Shown here in pieces: positions 42,249 through 53,864 of a stretch of DNA of 64,000 bases. The stretch's first letter is position 1, and each line of letters starts with the position of its first letter. Both the position numbers and the translations under genes were made by a program. The stretch is from Mobula hypostoma. Its lineage: Eukaryota. The stretch covers positions 91,700,001-91,764,000 of the forward strand of contig NC_086097.1 of the NCBI RefSeq assembly GCF_963921235.1, given 5' to 3'. A model generated the notes under the pieces. That model had not been told where the DNA came from, made no database searches, and worked only from the letters and a program-made list of their open reading frames with translations.

Positions 42249-43714
42249 CCGAGGATTGGAGGGTGGCTAATGTAACCCCACTTTTTAAAAAAGGAGGGAG
42301 AGAGAAACCAGGGAATTATAGACCGGTTAGCCTAACATCAGTGATGGGGAAACTGCTGGAGTCAGTTATCAAAGATGTGATAACAGCACATTTGGAAAGC
42401 GGTGAAATCATCGGACAAAGTCAGCATGGATTTGTGAAAGGAAAATCATGTCTGACGAATCTCATAGAACTTTTTGAGGATGTAACTAGTAGAGTGGATA
42501 GGGGAGAACCAGTGGATGTGGTATATTTGGATTTTCAAAAGGCTTTTGACAAGGTCCCACACAGGAGATTAGTGTGCAAGCTTAAAGCACACGGTATTGG
42601 GGGTAAGGTATTGATGTGGATAGAGAATTGGTTGGCAGACAGGAAGCAAAGAGTGGGAATAAACGGGACCTTTTCAGAATGGCAGGCAGTGACTAGTGGG
42701 GTACCGCAAGGCTCAGTGCTGGGACCCCAGTTGTTTACAATATATATTAATGACTTGGATGAGGGAATTAAATGCAGCATCTCCAAGTTTGCGGATGACA
42801 CGAAGCTGGGCGGCAGTGTTAGCTGTGAGGAGGATGCTAAGAGGATGCAGGGTGACTTGGATAGGTTGGGTGAGTGGGCAAATTCATGGCAGATGCAATT
42901 TAATGTGGATAAATGTGAAGTTATCCACTTTGGTGGCAAAAACAGGAAAACAGATTATTATCTGAATGGTGGCCGATTAGGAAAAGGGGAGGTGCAACGA
43001 GACCTGGGTGTCATTATACACCAGTCATTGAAAGTGGGCATGCAGGTACAGCAGGCGGTGAAAATGGCGAATGGTATGCTGGCATTTATAGCGCGAGGAT
43101 TCGAGTACAGGAGCAAAGAGGTACTACTGCAGTTGTACAAGGCCTTGGTGAGACCACACCTGGAGTATTGTGTGCAGTTTTGGTCCCCTAATCTGAGGAA
43201 AGACATCCTTGCCATAGAGGGAGTACAAAGAAGGTTCACCAGATTGATTCCTGGGATGGCAGGACTTTCATATGATGAAAGACTGGATGAACTAGGCTTA
43301 TACTCGTTGGAATTTAGAAGATTGAGCGGGGATCTGATTGAAACGTATAAAATCCTAAAGGGATTGGACAGGCTAGATGCAGGAAGATTGTTCCCGATGT
43401 TGGGGAAGTCCAGAACGAGGGGTCACAGTTTGAGGATAAAGGGGAAGCCTCTTAGGACCGAGATTAGGAAAAACTTCTTCACACAGAGAGTGGTGAATCT
43501 GTGGAATTCTCTGCTACAGGAAACAGTTGAGGCCAGTTCATTGGCTATATTTAAGAGGAAGTTAGATATGGCCCTTGTGGCTAAAGGGATCAGGGGGTAT
43601 GGAGGGAAGGCTGGTACAGGGTTCTGAGTTGGATGATCAGCCATGATCATACTGAATGGCAGTGCAGGCTTGAAGGGCCGAATGGCCTACTCCTGCACCT
43701 ATTTTCTATGTTTC
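42249..43714 (+). mobile_element. Young 5'-truncated CR1 (second family) with an uninterrupted RT to C-terminus frame
   Basis: About 460 open codons from PEDWRVANV to the stop at 43627. TTTCTATG tail. TAGTC flanks both ends (42244-48, 43715-19). Confidence 0.95.
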
Positions 43715-44024
43715 TAGTCTATCAAGGGCTGAACAGCCTAAACACACAAAGAGGCTTGTGAAGCTGTAGTTGTTCAACCCTCTCTGATTTTAATAATGGT
43801 GTAACAGATGTGTTTTAAGTGAATCAACAAGCAGGTCAGCAGTGAACGCATATAAAATTATCCAAAAAGTAATTAAAATGGAGAGGGGACATTTTTAGAG
43901 TTTTACACAATTCAGAATTCATTGCTTGATAAGAGGGAGTAGATAGCTTTAATGCCAACCACAATGCAACAATATATTTGAGAGAGAAAAAATTGCAAGA
44001 CTGCAGCGAAACCATGGGTATTGA

Positions 44025-44580
44025 ATTTACCCAGATACAATAAAAAACTTTATTTCCAAGTCATCCAGACAGATCGTGTCACACATAAGTATATTGAAGT
44101 AGTGAAAAGAAGACAGAGTGCCGAACACAATGTTGCAGCTACAGAGAAAGTACAGTGCAGGTAAACAAATAAAGTAGACAGGCCATGACAAAGTGGATTG
44201 GGAGATCGGGAATTCATCTTTATCATACAAGTCGTTTGCTCGAGAGTCTTATAGCAGTGGGATGAAAGCTATGTTCACAACTCCCAGCAATGTTTTGAGG
44301 TCTTTGGTAGAATATTTGCCATACCAAGCTGTGATGCGTCCAGATTGGTAAAAATTGGTATGAGTCATCAGAAAACATGACGAGTTTCTTTAGCCTTTTG
44401 AGGAAGTACAGGCTTTGTTGTTCTTTCTTGGCCATAGCACCAACAAAGCTGGACCAGGAAAAATTGTTTGTGATATTTCAACCTAAGGAACTGAGGTTGA
44501 GATACTAAAATCATCCCCACCTCAGCATCACTGATACAAACGGGGCATGTGCTCCACCTGCTTCGTGAAGTCAATAACCT
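44025..44580 (-). mobile_element. Rex1/Babar-like 3' fragment, degraded
   Basis: AKKEQQSLYFLKRLKK and SFHPTAIRL on the minus strand. Confidence 0.65.
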
Positions 44581-44730
44581 AGTCCGTGATTTTCCTAAGG
44601 TTTCTATCCTGACTTCATAAGGACAGCTCTAAAAACCAGCCCAAACACCAAAGGCCAAGTCGTCTCTATGATTCCAGAGTTAATAGCTATAGCCTCAAGT
44701 AGCTGTCATGTTCATGTTAAACCAAATACT

Positions 44731-44810
44731 TGTTAATTTATTGGCAGAAAAATACCTAGAATTGCGGTTTTGTTAATTTATTGGCAGAAAAATTCCTAGA
44801 ATTGCGGTTT
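44731..44810. repeat. 40-bp tandem duplication (2 copies, 1 mismatch)
   Basis: TGTTAATTTATTGGCAGAAAAAT(A/T)CCTAGAATTGCGGTTT twice. Confidence 0.95.
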
Positions 44811-44930
44811 TGGTCAAAATACAAGCTGCTGTGGGATTCAGGCCAGACAGCATCTGCGGAGGTGAAGGAACACAGTTGATGTTTCTGCTCAGATCCAGCC
44901 TTAGGATTCAATCAAGTTCCTATTAATCCA

Positions 44931-45150
44931 AACAAAAGGAATTCTGCAGATGCTGGAAATTCAAGCAACATACATCAAAGTTGCTGGTGAACGCAGCAGG
45001 CTAAGCAGCATCTATAGGAAGAGGCGCAGTCGACGTTTCAGGCCGAGACCCTTCGTCAGGACTAACTGAAGGAAGAGTGAGTAAGGGATTTGAAAGCTGG
45101 AGGGGGAGGGGGAGATGCAAAATGATAGGAGAAGACAGGAGGGGGATTAA
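44931..45150 (-). mobile_element. Penelope terminal-repeat-only insertion with 14-bp TSD
   Basis: TTCCTATTAATCCA at 44917-30 and 45151-64. Sequence is homologous to 5803-6016. Confidence 0.9.
45026..45066 (-). ncRNA. Minimal hammerhead ribozyme motif, core intact
   Basis: Minus strand AGTC-CTGACGA-AGGGTCTCGGCCT-GAAAC-GTC-GACT; stem I AGTC/GACT fully paired. Confidence 0.78.
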
Positions 45151-45344
45151 TTCCTATTAATCCAGACTGGTGTTGTGACAATTCAAAGGATGAGGGTTTA
45201 TTTGTTTTTGATTAACCTTTTACCATGTGACACAGGTCGTGAGCAAAGGTACAAGAGTGATAGAGATTCAATAGAGATACAAGAAAAAAACAAAATGGTG
45301 ACTCCATTCATTGCAGTGCTTTAATCTCCATCTAAGAGACCTCT

Positions 45345-45680
45345 GCACAGAAATCCCGGCTGACAGTGCAGTGTGGCACTGACGAAGTGCTGTGCATTTT
45401 GTGGCATCATCCTTTGAATCAGATGTCATGTCAAAGACCAGTCCACTCCTTCGGTGGATTAAGAAAAATTGAATGTCAAGTTATAGTACAACAGAAGAGT
45501 CATTTTCAGTTTCATGTGTAATACTTATTCTTCAGTTAACATTTCCAAAATAACTTAACTGCTCATCATAGCATTGACACCTGCATTTCATACATCACAA
45601 CACAATCACATTTCTAAAGTACTTCATGGGCTGTAGAGTTTTTGAGTGATGTGAAAGTTACAAAATAAATGGCATCTTAT
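45345..45680 (+). repeat. Ancient DeuSINE remnant
   Basis: ggctgacagtgcagtgtggcactga..gtgctg..catcctttgaatcagatgtc..ggtgga..aagtacttcatgggctgta matches the recalled Deu-SINE layout. Confidence 0.55.
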
Positions 45681-47130
45681 TTTCTGATTTTTTAAAAATA
45701 TACATTTCAAGTACGGATATACTTAAGTGAAAAATATATTTTTCCCTTTACTGATTATTCTATAGAAAACTGGTGCTTTCTTTACTGACCACAGACAGAG
45801 TAAGCTTAGAGTTAGATTTATGGCATTATAAAGGCTATTTGCTGCTGGCGTGGCCTACAAAACCAATGTCTGGTGGCAGAGGTCATGTTGCTGCCTTTAT
45901 GGAACTCTCTGACAGTTCGATCTTGTATAGGTTAATTAACATTGTCTCCTGCTTATTAAATTCATAAGCGGACCCCAACTAACAGGTCAGCAGGGTTCTA
46001 AACTCACATAGACAGTACATGTAAATGGATAAAATGCATGACTAATCTTGCATCGTCTGATTTGCTTACCAGCACTTGCATCCCCCCGTCATAAAACTCC
46101 TCTCAGCATGACGCATGCACACAAGACACTGGGAAGAGAAGGAAATTTAACCACCACATATAGGACATCGAATATGTTTCAATGCAGCTTGTGGGACTTC
46201 GCTGGGCACAACTTGCCTAATGTTTCTTGAAGACACTGACTACAAGGCTACTAATTCATTGGGAGTAAAGCACATTGGAGCATCCAGAAACTACGGAAGT
46301 CACTACCAAAACTGATTTCTTAATTGTTATGTCAATTTGCATAGTTTGGGGAACAGAAGGACTTGAACATAATTCAAATGGAGCCTCTGTCCATACTTTT
46401 CAACTGGAGAAAATGAACTGACAGCATTTCAAGTGACAATTTTCGCTTTAAGGTTCAAATTAATGCTTCTGCATTAATCCCCAATACCAAACTGATGAGA
46501 TACAGATGCCTGGGTACCATTTTTGTAAACTAGTCCTGAGAGATGCCAAGCTTACACTGACACAGGTAATATCAAGTTCCCTGGACACTGACAAACACAA
46601 GACCAATCAGAGAATTAATTTTTTTCCTAAATCCTTCAATTCTTACAACAAAAAAATTAAAAGCCCTGGCCAAAGTTGAAATTTTCTGGCCTGGTACTCC
46701 AGTTGCTTTCATGCATCTTGGAAGTACTGTTGCAAGCAACCAATTTTTATATTTTCTGAACAGTGAAGCAATTGGATTTTACAACATGACGATCTTCAGG
46801 GACTTCAATAGATAGAAAGAAACATGAAGGAATCAGACTTATTGAGGAGGCAAGCAATGTGTCAAACAGAAATTGACAGGAAATAAGTTCAGAGGTCGAT
46901 GAATGCAAATTATTAATAAAGTTGTTAAATGTGTTATAAATGTACTAGCATTACATCATGACATTCATTCTCAACTTCATCTACTGCAAAGTTATCACAA
47001 TCTTAAAACAAAGAGCTCAAAGGCCATTCCCCTGACATTTCCTCTCCAACTGTTTTTGGTTTTGGTGTTTAAAACTACTGGCCTTAACCATTTACCTAGT
47101 TCCCACATAAGGTGTACTTTATTACAGACA

Positions 47131-47430
47131 ACCGTTAGTCTTGTGAGACCATGGATTTGCACCTTGGAAGGTTTCCAAGGCACAGGCCTGGGCAAGGTTG
47201 TATGGAAGACTGGCAGTTGCCCATGCTGCAAGTTTCCCCATTCCATGCCACCGATGTTGTCCAAGGAAAGGGCATTAGGACCCATACAGCTTGGCACCAG
47301 TGTCGCCGCAGAACAATGTGTGGTTAAGTGCCTTGCTCAAGGACATAACATGCTGCCTCAGCTGAGGCTCGAACTAGCGACCTTCAGATCACTAGACCGA
47401 CGCCTTAACCACTTGGCCACGCACCAACAC
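47131..47430 (-). repeat. tRNA-derived CORE-type SINE
   Basis: Minus strand has A box TGGCCAAGTGG, B box GTTCGAGCC, then CORE-like GTCCTTGAGCAAGGCACTTAACC. Confidence 0.75.
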
Positions 47431-47924
47431 AATGTGTTCTTTAGAACAGTTTTAAAGCCTGAAGTATGAAGAAACCTTTTCCCAAGGCTTCTGTACGTCC
47501 TGCCCAACGATAGTAGCAACAAGAGTAGATGCCCCAGATGGTGGGAGTCTTTGATGGTAGATGTTGCTTTCCTGTGGCAGCGCCCCAAATAAATGTATTC
47601 AATGATGGGGAGGGCCTTGCCTGTGATGGATTGGGCTGTGTCCACTCCAGTTTATTGTCACAGTGTCTACACTGGACTTGAGGAAGGTGAGGCATTCTCT
47701 CTTATGCTTTTGTGCATGAAATCAACAATGGCTTGAGTTTACCTACAAACAAGTAAGTATGCAAGGACTATCTGCATACTGTGGCAAGGCAATTAATGTT
47801 GAAGTTCTTGATGACTCCACAGTTACATTTTCTCAGACAGTACCTCACAGCCGCAAATCTACAAGAGCTCAGATTACCCACAGCTTGTGAATTATCCTGA
47901 AGTCCACAATAATTACACTTATGA

Positions 47925-48290
47925 AGGGACTCTTGACTTTTATCCCCAAGAAAACCAGAACTGATTTGAAAAGAATGACCAGCAGAGCAAGGAACAAATT
48001 AACTAAAAACACAAAGCACTATTGGATTGAAAACTCTAACCATGCTCAAGGAAATAAAACAGTTCCATGGATTCCTGAAGCTGGGGTCCAACGAAAGCCC
48101 CATGGCCTAATGAGAAAGTGGTGGGCACAGGAGATCCAGCAATTTGTTCATAACAATGGTATGCACGGATTCTTCAGCACTGGCAAATGCATCTCCTGGC
48201 CAAACACCCAAGGCTACCCTCACTGTGAGCCAAAGGAAGAGGCAAACTTATCAAGGCCAAAGAGGTAATCCCCTTGAAGGAAAGCTTAAT
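47925..48290 (+). mobile_element. RTE/BovB-like ORF2 fragment, degraded
   Basis: KWWAQEIQQFVHNNGMHGFFS resembles the RTE linker motif WW..KA.EIQ..AD..DM.GFF. Confidence 0.55.
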
Positions 48291-48808
48291 GAAACATGGT
48301 GGAGATGACGTACTTTTAATCCATCCTGAATCATCATTTCTTGGCAAAATAGTAAAGTTAAAATCAACTTTGAAAGAATACTAACCTCTCTCTGACCACT
48401 GAAGGCAGGTAACTTAGGTTATCAAATCTAGTCTTCAAAAGCTCCTAAATACCTGCTCAGCTCAGTAGGAAAGATTAGTAGGAAAGTAATATTAACAACC
48501 ATTTAAGGTTATTTATTTACCTAAGTTTTCTCCTTATTTGGTTTTACCTACATGTACATTCTATCAGAATCTGTTTACTTTTACAGTTTTAAGAGTCCTT
48601 TCTATTACATTAATAAGATTCAATAAATTAAAAATAAAAAGCCATGAATGTGGCTTCATGATTCTTCGATTTACTCTCCGATTTCACAGGACCCTCAGGT
48701 ACCTTCCCCCACTGAAGCTTTTTTAAAATAAATACAAGTTCCAATTATCAAGCAAATTTAAAGTCATGGAACGCATTTGACAACTCACTCCAGCAACTTC
48801 CCTGTGAC

Positions 48809-50441
48809 TGGACAATATGAGTGAGGTTGATGTTCTGGAGCATGTTGATATTAAGGGAGAAGAGGTGTTGGAGTTGTTAAAATACATTAGGAAGGATAAG
48901 TCCCCGGGGCCAGATGGAATATTCCCCAGGCTGCTCCACGAGGCGAGGGAAGAGATTGCTGAGCCTCTGGCTAGGATCTTTACGCCCTCGTTGTCCACAG
49001 GCATGGTACCGGAGGATTAGAGGGAGGCGAATGTTGTCCCCTTGTTCAAAAAAGGTAGTAGGGATAGTCCGGGTAATTATAGACCAGTGAGCCTTACATC
49101 TGTGGTGGGAAAGCTGTTGGAAAAGATTCTTAGAGATAGGATCTATGGGCATTTAGAGAATCATGGTCTGGTCAGGGACGGTCAGCATGGCTTTGTGACG
49201 GGCAGATCGTATCTAACAAGCCTGATAGAGTTCTTTGAGGAGGTGACCAGGCATATAGATGAGGGTAGTGCAGTGGATGTGATCTATATGGATTTTAGTA
49301 AGGTATTTGACAAGGTTCCACATGGTAGGCTTATTCAGAAAGTCAGAAGGCATGGGATCCAGGGAAGTTTGGCCAGGTAGATTCAGAATTGGCTTGCCTG
49401 CAGAAGGCAGAGGGTCGTGGTGGAGGGAGTACATTCAGATTGGAGGATTGTGACTAGTGGTGTTCCACAAGGATCTGTTCTGGAACCTCTACTTTTCGTG
49501 ATTTTTATTAACAACCTGGGTGTGGGGGCAGAAGGGTGGGTTGGCAAGTTTGCAGATGACACAAAGGTTGGTGGTGTTGTAGATAGTGTAGGGGATTGTC
49601 GAAGATTGCAGAGAGACATTGATAGGATGCAGAAGTGGGCTGAGAAGTGGCAGATGGAACTCAACCCGGAGAAGTGTGAGGTGGTACACTTTGGAAGGAC
49701 AAACTCCAAGGCAGAGTACAAAGTAAATGGCAGGATACTTGGTAGTGCAGAGGAGCAGAGGGATCTGGGGGTACATGTCCACAGATCCCTGAAAGTTGCC
49801 TCACAGGTAGATAGGGTAGTTAAGAAAGCTTATGGGGGTGTTAGCTTTCATAAGTCGAAGGATACAGTTTAAGAGTCGCGATGTAATGATGCAGCTCTAT
49901 AAAACTCTGGTTAGGCCACACTTGGAGTACTGTGTCCAGTTCTGGTCACCTCACTATAGGAAGGATGTGGAAGCATTGGAAAGGGTACAGAGGAGATTTA
50001 CCAGGATGCTGCCTGGTTTAGAGAGTATGCATTATGATCAGAGATTAAGGGAGCTAGGGCTTTACTCTTTGGAGAGAACGAGGATGAGAGGAGACATGAT
50101 AGAGGTGTACAAGATAATAAGAGGAATAGACAGAGTGGATAGCCAGCGCCTCTTCCCCAGGATACCACTGCTCAATACAAGAGGACATGGCTTTAAGGTA
50201 AGGGGTGGGAAGTTCAAGGGGGATATTAGATGAAGGTTTTTTACTCAGAGAGTGGTTGGTGCGTGGAATGCACTGCCTGAGTCAGTGGTGGAGGCAGATA
50301 CACTAGTGAAGTTTAAGAGACTACTAGACAGGTATATGGAGGAAGTTAAGGTGGGGGGGTTATATGGGAGGCAGGGTTTGAGGGTTGGCACAACATTGTG
50401 GGCCGAAGGGCCTGTAATGAGCTGTACTATTCTATGTTCTA
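48809..50441 (+). mobile_element. 5'-truncated CR1, same subfamily as 13716-17694
   Basis: Near-identical to about 16096-17694. TGTGAC TSD at 48803-08 and 50442-47. In-frame stops. Confidence 0.95.
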
Positions 50442-50468
50442 TGTGACATGTATCTCTCTCAAAAATGA

Positions 50469-50670
50469 AGCTTCACCTTGTGGAGCAGCCTCTTCTCCAT
50501 CATCAGCTGCGGCCTGATGAAGCTGCGCAGCACAGAGGACCCCTGGAACTGACCTCCCACAGTCAGCCACATGCCATGGTGGGCTCGGCCATGATGGGAG
50601 GCATCCTGCTGGCACTGATCGAGGAGGTGGGTATCCTTCTCACCAGATACATGCAAGTTTTGCAATACCT
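50469..50670 (+). pseudogene. TIMM17B: Processed pseudogene fragment of mitochondrial import subunit Tim17-B
   Basis: Reads [27 protein letters not shown], then in a shifted frame [31 protein letters not shown]. Recalled TIMM17B reads [59 protein letters not shown]. Stop, deletion and no intron. Confidence 0.85.
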
Positions 50671-50750
50671 TCCATGGCCTCAGTTCAGCCCAAAGCTTTA
50701 ATAGCCTACGTACTCAGAGAAGTATAATTACCATTGTAAATGAGCAAACG

Positions 50751-51048
50751 TGGGCCAGCTGGTGGCACAATGACATCAGCGCCGGACTCTGGAACGGAGG
50801 TTCCCGGGTTCGAACCCAGTCCGGTCCGCTCTTACGTACGTTTTCCATCTGTGCTGGGTTGACTGTCGAGATCGCAACTCGACTTCGTAAAACAAAGGGA
50901 AAAATACTGCGAAATGTCTGTGTGGGGAGTGGCGCGCCACACAGTCTCTCTCTCTCTGCGCCTTGTAAAGGCATGAAAAAGACATCGTCCCGCCAACATC
51001 ACACACGCACGGACGCATGCACGCAGATGCACTCACGGCAAAAAAAAA
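50751..51048 (+). repeat. Young tRNA-derived SINE with A tail and 15-bp TSD
   Basis: A box TGGCACAATG, B box GGTTCGAACCC, CpG-rich body, A9 tail. TSD GTAAATGAGCAAACG (50736-50) / GTAAAGGAGGAAACG (51049-63). Confidence 0.8.
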
Positions 51049-53864
51049 GTAAAGGAGGAAACGCTGCAGTCAATTTACACATACTAAATTCCCATAACAG
51101 CAATCTGATGAGGAATAAAATAATCCATTTTCGTGATTGAAGGATAACTGCATACCCTTCAAAAGGTGCCATGGGATCTTCTACATCTACTTTAGAATGT
51201 GGACCAGGTCACATACAAGTGACAGCACACCTGGCAGTGTAGCTCTCCCATAGTCAGGAACTGAAGTACCTGTTTAGTCTCCAAGTGTAACCTCTACTGA
51301 GTGGGACTAGTATTCGGTCTTTTGATTTAACAGTCAGGATCCTGCCAAATGAGCCACAACTAATGCTTCAGTCAGCAGAATCCTTGCAATCTATGGAATC
51401 ATTCCCAGACCTCAGGCAGCTGTAAATGTTTATGTCAGCAATGAATATGACAAAATCCCCTTCTTTATCGTACTGTCTGGTTAATAAGGGCCAGCAGCCG
51501 AATTTGCTTTTAAAAACCTTAATTAATCCTGGAAGAAATAATCTTCTGCATCAATATTAATAGATTCAATTTTTAGTAGCACTCAATTACTAATAGCAAT
51601 GCAACAATACCTTTAGTCATGAACACTGATAAAGCCCTTAATGTGACAGCAATACAGTATCAGAATTATTGCGCAGCAGGACATTCACCCTTGACTGTAG
51701 TCAGTCTTAATAAGGCAATGCTTTTAGTTCCATTTGCCATTTTCCCCAGTTCCTTTACAAACCATTTCACAATTACCTATCCATCTGTCTTCAGACGGCT
51801 GGGATCGAGTCCCTCACAGGCAGTGAGCTCAGATCAAAACAACTTCCCTAATTGATTTTGTTTCATAGCTCTTATATTTATCCCATTAAATCTGTGCCCC
51901 TCAGTCCTCAGAATTCTTCTGAAGAGCAACGACTTCTCTCGGAGCTATGGTGGCACATGACAGCGACTTCTTCTAGCTCATTTGCAGAAGCAGCTTTATT
52001 TCTACCTTTAATGTCTCTCGTTTTCCTTTTCAAGGTAGATGGGGTTCTGTCAAAGACCCTGACCGAGAGCTACACTCAAACTTCGGTCCTTTGCAGCAAT
52101 GGGACCTGCTCCCGGGGTTCACTGACCAACTGTTTTTCAATATGCGAGAGGGAGGGGCTTTGGGGTTCTAATGTTTTTAGTGTCACTCTTCTGTATTTCT
52201 GGATGTCTGCGAAGAATAAGAATTTCAGGTTGTAATTGTACATTCTCTAATATTAAAATTGAACTATTGAATTAACAATACCTAAACTTGACATTTGGAG
52301 CACGGAATAGGCCCTTCCAGCTGTACCGACCTACAATGTCCACAAACACCCCCCGCCAACCCCGCCGACAACCCGATTTAACCCTAACCTACCTAGTAGC
52401 TCAGTAGGTCTTTGGACTGTGGCAGTAAACTGGAGGACCCAGAGGACAGACAGAGAATCCTTAAATAACATGTTGGGATTGAACTCTGAACCCCGACATC
52501 CTGAACTGTAATAGCGCCCCACTAGCTGCTACACTAGCATGGTACCACCATGGTACCATGAACAAGGCTCACTCAACCTTCTTTCCTCAAAGATAAACTC
52601 CAGCACATGCAGCTGAAATCCTCCAGAAATATACCACTAAATTTTCCTTTACTTTCTTTTCAAATCTTTTTATTGTATATATTGTATTGTATTGTATATA
52701 TATATTTCCTGCTTAGTAGGTTTTTTTTGTTACCACAAAATTTTGTTTTCGATCTTTAAGATGATGGGGTTTTTTTTGAGGCATTGTAAGTGTTGTTACT
52801 TCGACCACTAAATTTTCCATAGACGCTGCCTGGCCTGTTGAGTTCCTCCAGCATTTTGTGTGTGTGTTGCTCGGATTTCCAGCATCTGCAGATTTTCTCT
52901 TGTTTGCTAAATCTTCATTGTTTGTATTTCTACATTGTTTCCAAAGTTGGTGACAAGAATTGATTGGTATGATCTAACCAGTGTTTTTTTTAAATAAAGT
53001 TACGCATAACGTTCCCTTTTACATAGCTTTTGTCTGTTTAGAAGGCCAAGGTCCCAAATGCTTTACTCACTTCTTTCAATTCACCCTGCCAACTGCAAAG
53101 ATGCATCCCTTAACCGCCCCCAATCCCGCATGGCCAAACTGACACAACAGAATTCCTCAAAACCACATGTAGTTTTTGTCCATACATTCTCGTGGCTATC
53201 ATTATTCAAACTATCTGGAACTTGGTTCCATTTCTCATTAAGGTAACAGATTTCTTAGCTGAATCCAAATTGATTGTATTACTGGGCATTTTCATTACCT
53301 ATTTTAATGGGTAATGGAAAAAAATGTCCTCTGATTGTTATTTTCAGACAAAACTATTCCAGCACTCTCAAGGGATCATCTTCCTTTTGGAAGAGTAAAT
53401 ACATATGAACACTACCTTCTGTTTCCTTACCCTCTCTAGATCTTTTCATTGCTCACTATCAGGGAATTACGATCACCATTTCAACTTTTCCACTCCACTT
53501 ACTTGCCCTTACTAATTCCCCTCGGAACCTGCAGCACTCAATCACTCACAGGTATTGTTCGAAATGAATTGCAGCAACTTGTTTTTATGTATTTCACAGT
53601 TTAAGCTTTATTCCTTTGTTTCTTCTGCTGTTTTCATTCATCTTCGCTTCACTTCACCGCTAGACTGATTAACCTTCTCTCTATTGGCACTATCATGAAG
53701 TGTCTCAATCAATCTCTCAAATTCTCCCTGCCATGGGCATCCCTTTGTTCTCTCCATCCCTGTCCTTTCTCGGCAGATTAAAGTGTTTGTTTCCTCAGTT
53801 CTCAGCTATAATGAAGGATCAGTAATCTTAAACATAAGTTCTGTTTATTGTCTCAAAACTACTC

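Noticed and set aside
44731..44810. 40-bp direct repeat as a CRISPR-like array
   Set aside because: Two abutting copies with no spacers in eukaryotic DNA; a simple tandem duplication.
46903..47469. 188-aa ORF
   Set aside because: Runs antisense through a SINE; no protein motif.
50752..50830. tRNA-like sequence with A and B boxes (also 47360-47430, minus strand)
   Set aside because: No proper cloverleaf; continues into a SINE body, so these are SINE heads rather than tRNA genes.
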